A stretch of 64,000 nt of DNA from Candidatus Rokuibacteriota bacterium. Lineage in GTDB: Bacteria > Methylomirabilota > Methylomirabilia > Rokubacteriales > CSP1-6. A program made the position numbers and the translations under genes. Numbering within the stretch: position 1 is the first letter of the stretch; each line of letters starts with the position of its first letter. The stretch is from NCBI GenBank assembly GCA_003220615.1, contig QHTB01000155.1, forward strand, positions 39,615 to 103,614. The letters are read 5' to 3'. Positions 51,078 through 61,355 of this stretch are shown here, piece by piece. The notes under the pieces were generated by a model. That model was given only the letters and a program-made list of their open reading frames with translations, was not told the DNA's origin and ran no database searches.

Positions 51078-52229
51078 ATGGTCAGCAGCGACGTCGTGAT
51101 CGTGGGCGGCGGGATCGTCGGCATGACGACGGCGTACTACCTCGCCAGGGCGGGTGTCCGGACCGTGGTCATCGAGCGTGACGCCATTGGCAGCCATGCC
51201 TCGGGGTTCGCGTATGGCGGTCTGAATCCGTTGAGCGGCTTCGGGATTCCGGGACCCCACGCCGAGATCGCGCAGGCGGGCATGCGACTGCACCGGGAAC
51301 TGTCCGAGAGCGTCGTGGAGGAGACCGGAATCGAGATCGAGTTCCGCGTTCGCTCCTCACTCGCCCTGGCCCTGAGCGAGGCGGACGCGCGGCGGCTGCA
51401 GGCGGCCCTGCCCTGGCAACAAGAACAGCCGGGATATACCGCGCGCTGGCTCGAGGCCGCCGAGGCGCGCCGGGTGGAACCGCGGATCTCGGACGACACG
51501 CGCGGCGCCGTCTCGATCGAGGGTACCGCGGATGTTGAGCCGTATCGCCTGGTGCTGGCGCTGACCCGCGCCTCGGAACGTCTTGGTGCGAGACTGCAGC
51601 ACGGACGCGTCACTGGCCTGCGGCGTGACGGCGGCCGCGTGACGGCCGTGCTGCTCGAACGGAGCTCTGTCGAATGCTCCTCGGTTGTGCTGGCCATCGG
51701 CCCCTGGAGCAGCGAGACCTCGGCCTGGCTCGACGTGCCGATCGACGTCCATCCGCTCAAGGGGCAGATCCTGCGCCTGAAGGCGCCCGGGCCCTCGGTG
51801 CCCTGCTCGGTGGGCTGGGGCCACAATTACGCGACGACCAAGCCCGACGGCCTGCTCTGGGCGGGCACGACGGAGGAGCACGCCGGCTTTGACGAAGAGA
51901 CGACGGCGGCGGCTCGCGACGAGATCGGCGCGGCCCTGGTGAAGATGCTGCCTGCGATGGCCGACGCGCAGATCGTCCACCAGACGGCCTGCCTGCGCCC
52001 GGTGGCATCCGACGGGCTGCTGGTGCTCGGCCGCGTGCCCGGGATCGAGGGCGCCTACGTGGCAACGGGCGGCGCCCGTAAGGGCATCCTGTTCGGACCC
52101 GCCATGGGGCGCGCCATCGCGGATCTCATTCTCGGCGACACACCCAAGATCTCGCTCGAGGCGTTCGCCCCGGGCGCTTCGCGGAGGCGTTCAGGCGATG
52201 AGCAAGACGCAAGGGACCTGGGGCGATGA
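51078..52229 (+). CDS. FAD-dependent oxidoreductase (glycine oxidase/DAO family); possible -1 indel near C-terminus
   Basis: IVGGGIVG, KGQ, LRP...DG, G..R.GIL. Confidence 0.9.
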   Translation: MVSSDVVIVGGGIVGMTTAYYLARAGVRTVVIERDAIGSHASGFAYGGLNPLSGFGIPGPHAEIAQAGMRLHRELSESVVEETGIEIEFRVRSSLALALSEADARRLQAALPWQQEQPGYTARWLEAAEARRVEPRISDDTRGAVSIEGTADVEPYRLVLALTRASERLGARLQHGRVTGLRRDGGRVTAVLLERSSVECSSVVLAIGPWSSETSAWLDVPIDVHPLKGQILRLKAPGPSVPCSVGWGHNYATTKPDGLLWAGTTEEHAGFDEETTAAARDEIGAALVKMLPAMADAQIVHQTACLRPVASDGLLVLGRVPGIEGAYVATGGARKGILFGPAMGRAIADLILGDTPKISLEAFAPGASRRRSGDEQDARDLGR

Positions 52230-53274
52230 GGTCGCGAAGCGCCTCGAGGGCATGGTGGCGCTGCGGCGCGACTTCCATCGCCATCCCGAGCTGTCGTTCG
52301 CGGAGCAGCGCACGTCGCACATCATCGCGGAGCGTCTCACCACCGCCGGGCTCGAGGTGAAGACCGGCATCGCGAAGACGGGCGTCGTCGGGATCCTGCA
52401 CGCGTGCGGGCACGACGGCCACACCGCGATCGCCATCACCGCCGCCGAAATCCTCGCGGCGCGGCGCAAGGAGCTGCCGGGCACGGCGGTCTTCATCTTC
52501 CAGCCGGCGGAGGAAGTGCTCGCCGGCGCGAAGCCGATGATCGAGGCTGGCGTGCTGGAGCACCCGCGCGTCGACGAGATCTACGGCCTGCACCTCACGA
52601 CGCAGGACAAGACCGGCACCGTCAACGTGCGGCGCGGGCCGACGATGGCGTCCGGCGACGGTTTCAACGTCGAGGTGACGGGCAAGGGCGGTCACGGCGC
52701 CTATCCGCACCTCTCGGTCGATCCGATGACGGCGGCGGCGCACATCCTGATCGGCATGCAGAGCCTGGTCACGAAGGAAGTCGCGGCGAAGGAGACGGTC
52801 GTGCTGTCGGTCGGTCAGATCACCGCGGGCACCAAGAACAACATCATCCCGGACAAGGCGATCATGCGCGGCACGCTGCGCACGTTCGACATGGACGTGC
52901 GCGAGCGGATGCTCGGACGCTTGCAGTCGTTCACCTCCGACATGGCGCGCGCCTATCGCGCCGAAGCCCAGGTCCAGCTCACCATGGGCTGCCCGCCGGT
53001 CGTCAACCCCGAGCGGGAGACGGAGCTGGTGCGCGCGTGCTGCATCGACGAGATCGGCGCGGATTCCGTCATCGAAGGCCCGCCGGTGATGGCGAGCGAC
53101 GACATGAGCCTCTTCCTGCGCGCGCGTCTCGGCTGCTACTTCCGTGTCGGCATCGCGCCCGCGCACGACCGTGAGGTGCCGCACCACGCCCCGGAGTTCG
53201 AGATGAACGAGGACGGCCTGCCGGTCGGGCTACGGCTCGCGCTGGCCGTTCTCAGGAGTCGCCTCGGCGCGTAG
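52198..53274 (+). CDS. M20 amidohydrolase with apparent in-frame internal deletion
   Basis: RRDFHRHPEL, HACGHDGH, FQPAEE, GKGGHGA, HHAPEF; RADMDAL segment absent. Confidence 0.85.
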   Translation: MSKTQGTWGDEVAKRLEGMVALRRDFHRHPELSFAEQRTSHIIAERLTTAGLEVKTGIAKTGVVGILHACGHDGHTAIAITAAEILAARRKELPGTAVFIFQPAEEVLAGAKPMIEAGVLEHPRVDEIYGLHLTTQDKTGTVNVRRGPTMASGDGFNVEVTGKGGHGAYPHLSVDPMTAAAHILIGMQSLVTKEVAAKETVVLSVGQITAGTKNNIIPDKAIMRGTLRTFDMDVRERMLGRLQSFTSDMARAYRAEAQVQLTMGCPPVVNPERETELVRACCIDEIGADSVIEGPPVMASDDMSLFLRARLGCYFRVGIAPAHDREVPHHAPEFEMNEDGLPVGLRLALAVLRSRLGA

Positions 53275-53309
53275 GGTGACCGCGCCGGGGTCGTGCTTTT
53301 GTACCGGCG

Positions 53310-54320
53310 CTATCCCACCCGCGCGATGACTTCCTCGGCGAACAGCTTCAGCGTAGCCTCGCGCTCGCTGAAGCCGGTACCCGGGACTTGCGGCAGGATG
53401 ATGATGCGGCTCACGGCGGGAACCTCCATCACGCGCCTCACCTGTCCCAGAACCTCCTCGGGCGTCCCGGCGAGCGCGATGAGATCCACGAAGCGATCGG
53501 GCACGAGCTCGCGGTGGCGCGACGCCGCCGTCGCGTGCTCGTAGGAATCGTAGGCGTCGCGCAGCCGCCGCACGGCCGCCTGGTCCTCGGGCGAGAGCTC
53601 CACCGGCAGGGGATGCCGCATCGCGGAGGCCACGCGGCCGCGCACGTGGTCCCGCGCCACCACGCGATCGCGGCCGACCGCGGTCGGCGTCCACAGGACC
53701 ACGTCGAGGTCGGCCAGCTTGCGGCCGCGCTCCCTCGCGCCCTCCGCGACGTGACCGAGGCCGGCTCGTAAGATTTCCGGCGCCGTTCCCGCGTACATGA
53801 TCACGCCATCGCCCAGCCGACCGGCCGCCCGGAGCATCTTCGGGCCCGATCCCGCCACGTAGATCGGCACTGGACGCGGCTCGTCCAGCCACGCGATCCG
53901 GCCCTCCACGCCCGAGTCGAAGCGCACGGTGCCCTTCGTCACGAGCGAGCGAATCCCCTGCACCATCGTCTCCAGCGTCGCGGTGCGCGCCGCGCGCTGG
54001 ACGCTCAGCCCCATCGTCTCCGCGCTCGAGCCGCCGGTGCCGATGCCGAGCACGAGACGATCGCCGGCCAGATCGTGGAGCGTGGCGATGGCGCTGGCGG
54101 TTACCGAGAAGTGGCGGGTGTGGGGCACGGTGACGCCCGGGCCGACGCGGATCCTGGAGGTGCCGAGCACGCAGGCGGTGAGCGTCACCCACAGCTCGCG
54201 GCAGACGAGGTGCGAGTCGGTGATCCAGGCGGTGTCGAAGCCGAGCGACTCGGCGAGCTTCACCTGGCGCACGATCGCCGGCACTGGCTGGTTGTTCATG
54301 ATGCCGACGTCGAACTTCAC
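53310..54320 (-). CDS. LLM-class flavin/F420-dependent oxidoreductase
   Basis: AESLGFDTAWITDSH, GPGVT, LGIGTG, IYVAGSGPKML..AG..GDG. Confidence 0.9.
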   Translation of the reverse strand: MKFDVGIMNNQPVPAIVRQVKLAESLGFDTAWITDSHLVCRELWVTLTACVLGTSRIRVGPGVTVPHTRHFSVTASAIATLHDLAGDRLVLGIGTGGSSAETMGLSVQRAARTATLETMVQGIRSLVTKGTVRFDSGVEGRIAWLDEPRPVPIYVAGSGPKMLRAAGRLGDGVIMYAGTAPEILRAGLGHVAEGARERGRKLADLDVVLWTPTAVGRDRVVARDHVRGRVASAMRHPLPVELSPEDQAAVRRLRDAYDSYEHATAASRHRELVPDRFVDLIALAGTPEEVLGQVRRVMEVPAVSRIIILPQVPGTGFSEREATLKLFAEEVIARVG

Positions 54321-54348
54321 GGCGCGCCCCGGCGCCCGGCCGTGAGGG

Positions 54349-55272
54349 CTAGAGCCGGACGAGCTTGTACGTCGGCGTCCGCCACTCCGGGTGCCGAGAA
54401 TCCACGCCGCGCACCAGGTTCATGTAGCCGTTCGCGATCGCCCGGGTGACCGGGCCGACCTCGCCCCGCCCCACCGGGAAGCGGTCGACCGAGGTCACGG
54501 GCGTGATCTCGTAGCCACTGCCGCACAGGAACGCCTCGTCGGCGGTGTAGAGCTCGGTGCGGTCGATCTCGCGCTCGACGACCTCCATGCCGACGACGTT
54601 GGGTCCCACGTCCTCGATGAGCGTCGTCCGCGTGATGGACTCGAGGATGTCGTTGCTGGTGGTCGGCGTGCACAGCCGGCCCTTTCGCACCATGAAGAAG
54701 GTGGCGCCGGTGCCCTCGGCCACCTTGCCCCGGCCGTTGAGGAAGATCGGCTCGTCGTAGCCGTCCACCTTGGCCTGCAGCTTGGCCAGGCGGCCATTCT
54801 GGTAGTTGGCGCCGCACTTGAGGCGAATGGGGATGGCGTTGTCCGACGTCCGCGCCCACGACGACACGCACGCGCTCACGCCCTTGCCCTCGGTGACGCG
54901 CTGACGGCGCCGCGGGTTGATGTAGAGCCCGGTCGGCGACGTGGCGTCGAGGCCGGCGCCGCCCACGTAGGCGACCAGGTGCATGTGGACGTCCTCCTGC
55001 ACCTCGTTGCCGGCCAGCACGGCGCGCACCGCCTCGAACAGCTCGTCGTCCGAGTACGGCACGCTGAAGCGCATCATCTTCATGGACTCACGCAGCCGCG
55101 CGAAGTGATCGGCCAGCCGGAAGCCGTACAGCTCGCCGTCACGCTCGTTCCAGTAGGCGCGCAGGCCCTCGAAGACGTTGGTCGCGTAGAAGACTGCGGC
55201 GCTGTTCACCGGCAGCACCGCTTCCGCCTGAAGCACCAGCCGGCCGTTCATCCAGATCTTGAAGTCCGCCAT
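54349..55272 (-). CDS. ilvE: Class IV aminotransferase (branched-chain amino acid transaminase-like)
   Basis: IWMNG, VFEGLRAY, K.GANY, EGTG, ILESITR, DEAF.CG. Confidence 0.88.
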   Translation of the reverse strand: MADFKIWMNGRLVLQAEAVLPVNSAAVFYATNVFEGLRAYWNERDGELYGFRLADHFARLRESMKMMRFSVPYSDDELFEAVRAVLAGNEVQEDVHMHLVAYVGGAGLDATSPTGLYINPRRRQRVTEGKGVSACVSSWARTSDNAIPIRLKCGANYQNGRLAKLQAKVDGYDEPIFLNGRGKVAEGTGATFFMVRKGRLCTPTTSNDILESITRTTLIEDVGPNVVGMEVVEREIDRTELYTADEAFLCGSGYEITPVTSVDRFPVGRGEVGPVTRAIANGYMNLVRGVDSRHPEWRTPTYKLVRL

Positions 55273-55311
55273 CCCTGGCTCCTGTCCGCTGCGTCGTTGT
55301 CGCCTGTCATC

Positions 55312-55461
55312 TTACTCGATCACGGCGGCGGCGCGGAAGAGCGGGGCGGCGGCGCCCCGGCGGCGAGCGACAGAAGCGCGTGCGCATCTTGCAAACGCTT
55401 GTAGCATTGACGGTTCGTGCGTCCGGCTAGGCCGCTTCGTCCCGCTCGTCTCGCGCGCCAT
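55312..55461 (-). other. Candidate small ORF (49 aa) or sRNA downstream of a sigma54 site
   Basis: GAAGGTG RBS-like then ATG 55461; atypical codons. Confidence 0.35.
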
Positions 55462-55500
55462 GTCGTTCACCTTCTCTGAAAATCGGTCAGGATGCAGCCG

Positions 55501-55516
55501 TGCAGTCGACGTGCCA
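55501..55516 (-). promoter_or_regulatory. Sigma54 promoter
   Basis: TGGCACGTCGACTGCA. Confidence 0.7.
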
Positions 55517-55559
55517 CGCACGTGGACGGGCGACCACAGGGAGGACGAGGTGTCGCGGG

Positions 55560-57509
55560 CTAGCGGACGGAACGGCGACGCGTGCTGACGTAGTCGACGA
55601 CGACGTACTCACCGAGCTTGTCGGCGGCGGAGAAGAACGCGCGGCCGCGGTTGATCCGGGCCATCTGCTCGACGAACGAGGCCAGCCACGGGGTCCGCTC
55701 GAGCATGAACGTGTTGATGACGATGCCGTCGCGCGTGCAGCGCTGGACCTCCTTCAGCGTTTCCTCGACGGTCCGGCGCGTGGGCGGGTACGAGAAGTCC
55801 GCGACGCCGTCCTCCAGGTGGGCGGTCGGCTCGCCGTCGGTCACCATGATGATCTGCTTGTTGCCGCCGTGGTGCCGGTTCAGCAGCTCGCGGGCCAGCA
55901 TGAAGCCGGCGTGCATGTTGGTCCCCACGTTCCACTCACTCCACGACAGTGTCGGGAGCTGGGCGGCCTTGAATTCTCTGGCGTAGAGCGAGAACCCGAC
56001 GATGTAGAGCGCGTCGCGCGGGAACTGTCCGCGGATCAACGACGACAGGGCCAGGACGACCTTCTTGGCGGGCAGGAAGTAGCCGTTGTTGAGCATCGAC
56101 CGGCTCATGTCGAGCATCACGACCGTCGCGGCCTGCGTGCGCAGCTCCGTGCGGTGGACCTCGAAGTCGGCCGGGTGGACGCGCACCGGCGTGCCCGGGC
56201 CCTGGCGCTCGACGGCGTTCATCAGCGTCTGGCGCAGGTCGAGCAGGAACGGATCGCCGAACTCGTAGGCCTTCGTCTCGTCGAGCTGGTCGCCGCCGGC
56301 GCCGCGCCGGTTCATCGTGTGGCCGCCGAAGCGGTCGCGCTTGAGCCGGGTGAAGATGTCGCGCAGCGCCTTGTCGCCGATCTTCCTGATGGCGCGCGCC
56401 GTCAGCTTCAGCTCGTCGCCGTCGCGCTCGAGGTACCCCGCCTCCTCGAGGCGCTTGCTCAGTTCGCGCAATCGCTCGAGGTCCTCGCGAGACTCCTCGC
56501 CGAGCAGCCGCTCCACGCGCTCGGCATCCATGTGCTGGAGCTCCTCCAGCGAGCGGACGCCCCGCACCTCGCGCTCGAGGTCGTCCAGCTCCTGCAGCTC
56601 CTCCATGAGCCGCATGGCCTCCTGGAGCGAGACCTCCTCGTCGCCGCGAAACGGATAGCGCTGGATCAGCTCGTCGAGCGGCAAGAGATCGTTCAGGTGC
56701 ATGCCGAGCTGGCGCATGGCCGCCTCGAGCCGCTCGTCGCGCATCATCAGCTCGCGCATCATCTCGTCGAGCTGCTGGCGCTGCTCAAGCGTGAGGCTCT
56801 GCATGAGCGACTGCATGGCCGCCATCTGCCTGCCGATCTGCTCGATGAGCTGATCGAGGCTCTCGACACCGGGGAAGCGATCGCCCCACTTCTGCTTGAA
56901 CGCCTCGAAGTCGGGCTCTTCGCCGTTGGCCCGCTGCGCCAGCATGCGGTTCAGGTCCTGGAGCATCTCGCGCAGGCGCTTCATGTCCTGGGGACTCATG
57001 TTGCCGAGCGCCTGCTTCATCCCCTGCATGAAGGGCTGGAGCATCTGCTGGCGCAGGGAATTCATCAGCTCCTCGAACTGTCGCTTGGCCTCCGGATCGA
57101 CGAAGTCGTACTTCTGGAGATTCCGGATCTTGCCGGCGGGATCGGGCGGCAGCTCGTCGAGCTTCTGCTCGTGCCGCGCGCGGTCGCGGCCCTCGGGCAT
57201 CCGCTGCTTGATGCCCTCGCGCTCCTGCTTGACGATCTGATCGAGCTTCTTCTTGATGTCGTCGAGGCTCGAGCCGAGGTCGTACCGGTCCAGTCGTTGC
57301 TGGCGCTGGCGCTTGAGCCGCTCGAGCAGGTCGCGCAGCCCGGGCATCTTGCCGCCCTCGGGCGTCTGCATGCCCTGCTGCATGAGCCGGCGCATCGCGC
57401 GCCACGGGTCGCCGTCGTAGAGCACGTCGTCGGCCATGGCGTCGAGGAGGTCCTCGGCGTCGAAGTCCACCCGCTGCGTGCCGTCCCAGCGGGAGTAGCG
57501 GAAGAGCAT
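55560..57509 (-). CDS. VWA domain-containing protein
   Basis: YSRWDG.Q N-terminus, MIDAS DMSRS, TN, VTDGEPTAH. Confidence 0.9.
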   Translation of the reverse strand: MLFRYSRWDGTQRVDFDAEDLLDAMADDVLYDGDPWRAMRRLMQQGMQTPEGGKMPGLRDLLERLKRQRQQRLDRYDLGSSLDDIKKKLDQIVKQEREGIKQRMPEGRDRARHEQKLDELPPDPAGKIRNLQKYDFVDPEAKRQFEELMNSLRQQMLQPFMQGMKQALGNMSPQDMKRLREMLQDLNRMLAQRANGEEPDFEAFKQKWGDRFPGVESLDQLIEQIGRQMAAMQSLMQSLTLEQRQQLDEMMRELMMRDERLEAAMRQLGMHLNDLLPLDELIQRYPFRGDEEVSLQEAMRLMEELQELDDLEREVRGVRSLEELQHMDAERVERLLGEESREDLERLRELSKRLEEAGYLERDGDELKLTARAIRKIGDKALRDIFTRLKRDRFGGHTMNRRGAGGDQLDETKAYEFGDPFLLDLRQTLMNAVERQGPGTPVRVHPADFEVHRTELRTQAATVVMLDMSRSMLNNGYFLPAKKVVLALSSLIRGQFPRDALYIVGFSLYAREFKAAQLPTLSWSEWNVGTNMHAGFMLARELLNRHHGGNKQIIMVTDGEPTAHLEDGVADFSYPPTRRTVEETLKEVQRCTRDGIVINTFMLERTPWLASFVEQMARINRGRAFFSAADKLGEYVVVDYVSTRRRSVR

Positions 57510-57513
57510 GGCC

Positions 57514-58902
57514 TCAGCTCCGGTAGCGCGAGCGGCCGGGCTGGACGTCCTTGTTCAGCTTCTTGGCGAGATGGAGGCCTTCGAGGACGAACTCGACGGC
57601 GGAGGCGACTGCACCCGCCTCGGTGGCGCCGAGCTTGACGACGGCGCTGCGCAGCGCCGGAAACTGGCCGAGCTGCTTGACGTACTCGTCGGAGGGCATG
57701 GCGTCGGAGACGTGGAGGCTGGCGCCGGCCTTGAACGCGGCGACGACTTCGTCGAGCTCGGGCTGGCCGAAGCGGCGGCCGAAGACGTTGTGGACGGCCT
57801 TCTGGACGAGCCGGCCGAGCAGCTTCTCCTCGTTGCCGTCGCCGACCGACTCGAGCTCGATCTTGCCGACGGTGGACGCCGCCAGCGCGCCGAGATCGCT
57901 CACGCGCGGCACCGCGATCTCCTCGCGCAGCCGGATCGCGCGCTTGAGCGCGCTGGCGAGGATGTTCTCGTAGTTGCAGATGCTCACGCGCACGGACACG
58001 CCCGAGCGCTGGCTGACGTCCGACGACTGGCGGGCCAGGTGCGTCAGCTCGGCGACGATCTGCTTCATGTAGTCGGGACACTGGGTCGCCACGCCGTCGC
58101 CGAACACCGTCTGCTCGGCTTCCATGATCGCGATCTCGTCGTCGAGCTTCTTGGGGTAGTGCGTGCGCACCTGGGAGCCGAAGCGGTCCTTGAGCGGCGT
58201 GATGATGCGTCCGCGGTTCGTGTAGTCCTCGGGGTTGGCGCTGGCCACCACGTAGAGATCGAGCGGCAGCCGCACCTTGTAGCCGCGGATCTGGACGTCG
58301 CGCTCCTCCATGATGTTGAGCAGGCCGACCTGGATGCGCTCGGCGAGGTCGGGCAGCTCGTTGAGCGAGAAGATGCCGCGATGCGTGCGCGGCAGCAGGC
58401 CGTAGTGGATCGTCAGCTCGTCTCCGAGGTAGCGGCCCTCGGCCACCTTGATGGGATCGACCTCGCCGATCAGATCGGCGATCGTGATGTCGGGCGTGGC
58501 CAGCTTCTCACCGTAGCGGCGGTCGCGAGGGATCCACTCGATGGCGGCCTTGTCACCCTGCTCGGCCAGGCGCTGGCGACAGCCCGCGCAGATCGGAGCG
58601 AGCGGATCGTCGTTGATCTCGCAGCCGGCCAGCACCGGGATCTCCTCGTCGAGCAGGCCCACCAGCAGCCGCGCGATGCGCGTCTTGGCCTGGCCGCGCT
58701 CGCCGAGAAAAATGATGTCCTGCCCGGCCAGGATCGCGTTCTCGATCTGCGGCACGACGGTGTCGTCGTAGCCGACGATCCCGGGCAGGAAGGAGTCGCC
58801 CTTCCGGAGCCGGGCGATCAGATTGTCGCGCAGCTCCTGCTTGACCGACTTGCGCTGCCAGCCTCGAGCCCGGAGATCACCGACCGTGTGAGCGTTGGCC
58901 AT
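57514..58902 (-). CDS. Mg-chelatase-like AAA+ ATPase
   Basis: GERGQAKT Walker A, LNELPDL Walker B variant, ANPEDYTNRGRII, LKDRFG. Confidence 0.9.
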   Translation of the reverse strand: MANAHTVGDLRARGWQRKSVKQELRDNLIARLRKGDSFLPGIVGYDDTVVPQIENAILAGQDIIFLGERGQAKTRIARLLVGLLDEEIPVLAGCEINDDPLAPICAGCRQRLAEQGDKAAIEWIPRDRRYGEKLATPDITIADLIGEVDPIKVAEGRYLGDELTIHYGLLPRTHRGIFSLNELPDLAERIQVGLLNIMEERDVQIRGYKVRLPLDLYVVASANPEDYTNRGRIITPLKDRFGSQVRTHYPKKLDDEIAIMEAEQTVFGDGVATQCPDYMKQIVAELTHLARQSSDVSQRSGVSVRVSICNYENILASALKRAIRLREEIAVPRVSDLGALAASTVGKIELESVGDGNEEKLLGRLVQKAVHNVFGRRFGQPELDEVVAAFKAGASLHVSDAMPSDEYVKQLGQFPALRSAVVKLGATEAGAVASAVEFVLEGLHLAKKLNKDVQPGRSRYRS

Positions 58903-58916
58903 GAGCGGTCAGCGCC

Positions 58917-58945
58917 ACTATGCGACCCGGGTCGCGCGCTGTCAA
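58917..58945 (-). promoter_or_regulatory. Sigma70-type promoter with palindromic spacer
   Basis: TTGACA-17 nt-CATAGT; 14-bp palindrome GCGACCCGGGTCGC at 58922-58935. Confidence 0.6.
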
Positions 58946-61254
58946 CTTCGACGGAGCGAACGCCACACGCGCTCGCCACCGAGCGGCATGTCGAGATGAC
59001 GGACGCCGAACGACGCCAGCGCGTCCACGACGGCATTGACGGTGGCCGGCGTGGAGCCGATCGTCGCGGCCTCGCCGATGCCCTTGGCGCCGAGCGGGTT
59101 GAACGGCGTCGGCGTCACGGTCTCTCCAATCGTGAACGACGGCAGGTCTTCGGCGTGCGGCACGGCGTAGTCCATGAGCGAGCCGGTGAGCAGCTGGCCG
59201 TCCTGGTCGTGGACGAGGCGCTCGACGAGCGCCTGGGCGATGCCCTGAGCCAGGCCTCCGTGCACCTGGCCCGCGACGATCATCGGGCTGATGCGAACGC
59301 CGCAGTCGTCGACCGAGACGAAATCGCGCAAGGTCACGTGGCCGGTCTCGCGATCCACCTCGACGACGGCGACGTGAGCGCCGAACGGGTAGACGAGCTG
59401 GGGCGGGCTGAAGAAGTCGGTGGCCTCGAGGCCGTTGTCGATTCCGGACGGCAGGCCGGCGCCGTACGCCTTGGCCGCGATCTGGCCGAGCGTGACGACG
59501 CGGTCCGGCACGCCGCGCACGCGATAGCCGCCGTCGCCGACGACGATGTCCTCGGGCGCCGCTTCCATCAAATGCGCGGCCAGACGCTTGGCCTTGTCCT
59601 GCACTTTCAGCGTCGCGTTGAGGATCGCGGTGCCGCCGACGGCCAGGCTGCGGCTGCCCCCGGTGCCGTTGCCCATGGGCGTGTTGAGGGTGTCGCCGTG
59701 ACGGACGACGACGTGGTCGAAGTCCACGCCGAGGTGATCGGCGATGATCTGGGCAAAGGTCGTCTCGTGGCCCTGGCCGTGGGCGGACGTGCCCGTGAAC
59801 GCGGTGACCATCCCGCCCGGCTCAACGCGGACCACCGCGCTCTCGAAGGGCCCGAACCCGCACATCTCGACGTAGCACGACATGCCGACACCGAGCAGGT
59901 GCCGATCGCGCCGCTCCAGTCTCACGCGCTGCTCCTTGCGGAGGTCGTCGACGCGGGCGAGCTGCAGCGCCTTGGTGAGCGCACGATCGTACTGACCGCT
60001 GTCGTACCGCTGCCCGGTCGGCGCCTGATAGGGGAACGCGTCGGGCGGGATGAAGTTGCGCCGGCGCACGACCTCGGGCGCGTGCTTCAGCTCGGCGGCG
60101 ATGCAATCGACCAACCGCTCGAGGTAGTACGCCGCCTCCGGCCGGCCCGCACCGCGATACGCGGCGACCGGCGTCGTGTTCGTGAAGACGCACGTCGAGC
60201 GGAGGTCGACGTTGGTGATCCGGTACACGCCGATGCCCATGGAGAGCGTGAGGTCGGGAATGAACGTGAAGATCGGGTACGCGCCGACGTTGGCGATGAC
60301 GTGCATGCGGAGCGCGAGGATAGTCCCGTCGGTGTCGACGGCCGCCTCGAGGTCGGCGACCTGGTCGCGCCCGTGCGTCGTGGCCAGCATGTGCTCGGTC
60401 CGCGTCTCGACCCAGCGGACGGGCAGCCGCAGCTTGAGCGCGATGACGGCGAGCGTGGCGTCCTCCGGATAGACGCCGAACTTCACGCCGAAGCCGCCAC
60501 CGACTTCGGGCGCGATGACCCGGACGAGGTTCTGGGCGAGGCCGAGCGCGCCGGCGAGCTCGTTGCGGAACCCGTGCGGCGCTTGCGTGGTCGCCCACAT
60601 CGTGAGGCCGCCGGTCGCGGGATCGGGCGCGGCCAGCGTGGCCCGGCCCTCCATCGGGACGCCGCACAGACGCTGGCTGATCATCCGCTGGCGCACGACG
60701 CGCTGGGCCCGCGCGAACACGGCGTCGGGCTCGCCACCGGTGATGCGGTTCTCGTGCTCGATGTTCTTGGGCGCGTCGTCGTGGATCTGGGGCGCGCCGT
60801 CGGCCATCGCGGCGAACTGCTCGCTGACGGCAGCCAGCGGCTCCCACTCCACGACGACGTCGTCGACGGCGTCGCGGGCCACCGACTCCGACTCGGCCAC
60901 GATGGCCGCCACCGCCTCGCCCACGTACCGGACGCGGTCGAGCGAGAGCGCCAGGTGCGCGCGCTTGGGCGCCGCGGTGGCCGCGCCACCTTCACCACCG
61001 CCCCCCAGCGGCAGCGGGGCACAGCGTCCCTCGATGTCGCGGCCGGTGAAGACGGCGCGCACGCCGGGCCGTCGGAGCGCGGCGGCGGCGTCGATGCGCC
61101 GGATCCGCGCGTGAGCGTGCGGGCTCCGGACGAACGCGACGTGGTGCAGGCCCGGCAGCGTGATGTCACCCACGTACGCCGAGGCGCCGGTGATGAGGCG
61201 TGGATCTTCCTTGCGCTTGATCTCAGCGCCCATGAGTCGGGATGGCGTGGACAT
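58942..61254 (-). CDS. Xanthine dehydrogenase family molybdopterin-binding large subunit (form II CoxL-like)
   Basis: [48 protein letters not shown]. Confidence 0.93.
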   Translation of the reverse strand: MSTPSRLMGAEIKRKEDPRLITGASAYVGDITLPGLHHVAFVRSPHAHARIRRIDAAAALRRPGVRAVFTGRDIEGRCAPLPLGGGGEGGAATAAPKRAHLALSLDRVRYVGEAVAAIVAESESVARDAVDDVVVEWEPLAAVSEQFAAMADGAPQIHDDAPKNIEHENRITGGEPDAVFARAQRVVRQRMISQRLCGVPMEGRATLAAPDPATGGLTMWATTQAPHGFRNELAGALGLAQNLVRVIAPEVGGGFGVKFGVYPEDATLAVIALKLRLPVRWVETRTEHMLATTHGRDQVADLEAAVDTDGTILALRMHVIANVGAYPIFTFIPDLTLSMGIGVYRITNVDLRSTCVFTNTTPVAAYRGAGRPEAAYYLERLVDCIAAELKHAPEVVRRRNFIPPDAFPYQAPTGQRYDSGQYDRALTKALQLARVDDLRKEQRVRLERRDRHLLGVGMSCYVEMCGFGPFESAVVRVEPGGMVTAFTGTSAHGQGHETTFAQIIADHLGVDFDHVVVRHGDTLNTPMGNGTGGSRSLAVGGTAILNATLKVQDKAKRLAAHLMEAAPEDIVVGDGGYRVRGVPDRVVTLGQIAAKAYGAGLPSGIDNGLEATDFFSPPQLVYPFGAHVAVVEVDRETGHVTLRDFVSVDDCGVRISPMIVAGQVHGGLAQGIAQALVERLVHDQDGQLLTGSLMDYAVPHAEDLPSFTIGETVTPTPFNPLGAKGIGEAATIGSTPATVNAVVDALASFGVRHLDMPLGGERVWRSLRRS

Positions 61255-61355
61255 GCTCGCTCCTCCGGCCCCAAGTGTGCCACGGACGTGCAGCAAGTTC
61301 TGCATGCGACCGCACCGCCGAGCGGGTACGCTGTGTCTCACGACAGGAGGACGCC

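Noticed and set aside
58942-61254. True form I aerobic CO dehydrogenase
   Set aside because: Active-site loop is AYRGAGR, not AYxCSFR, and coxM/coxS are not adjacent
61267-61282. Sigma54 site upstream of the CoxL-like gene (TGGCACACTTGGGGCC)
   Set aside because: GG-N10-GC fits, but the -12 context is poor and the predicted start would exclude the clear GGAGG RBS; not counted
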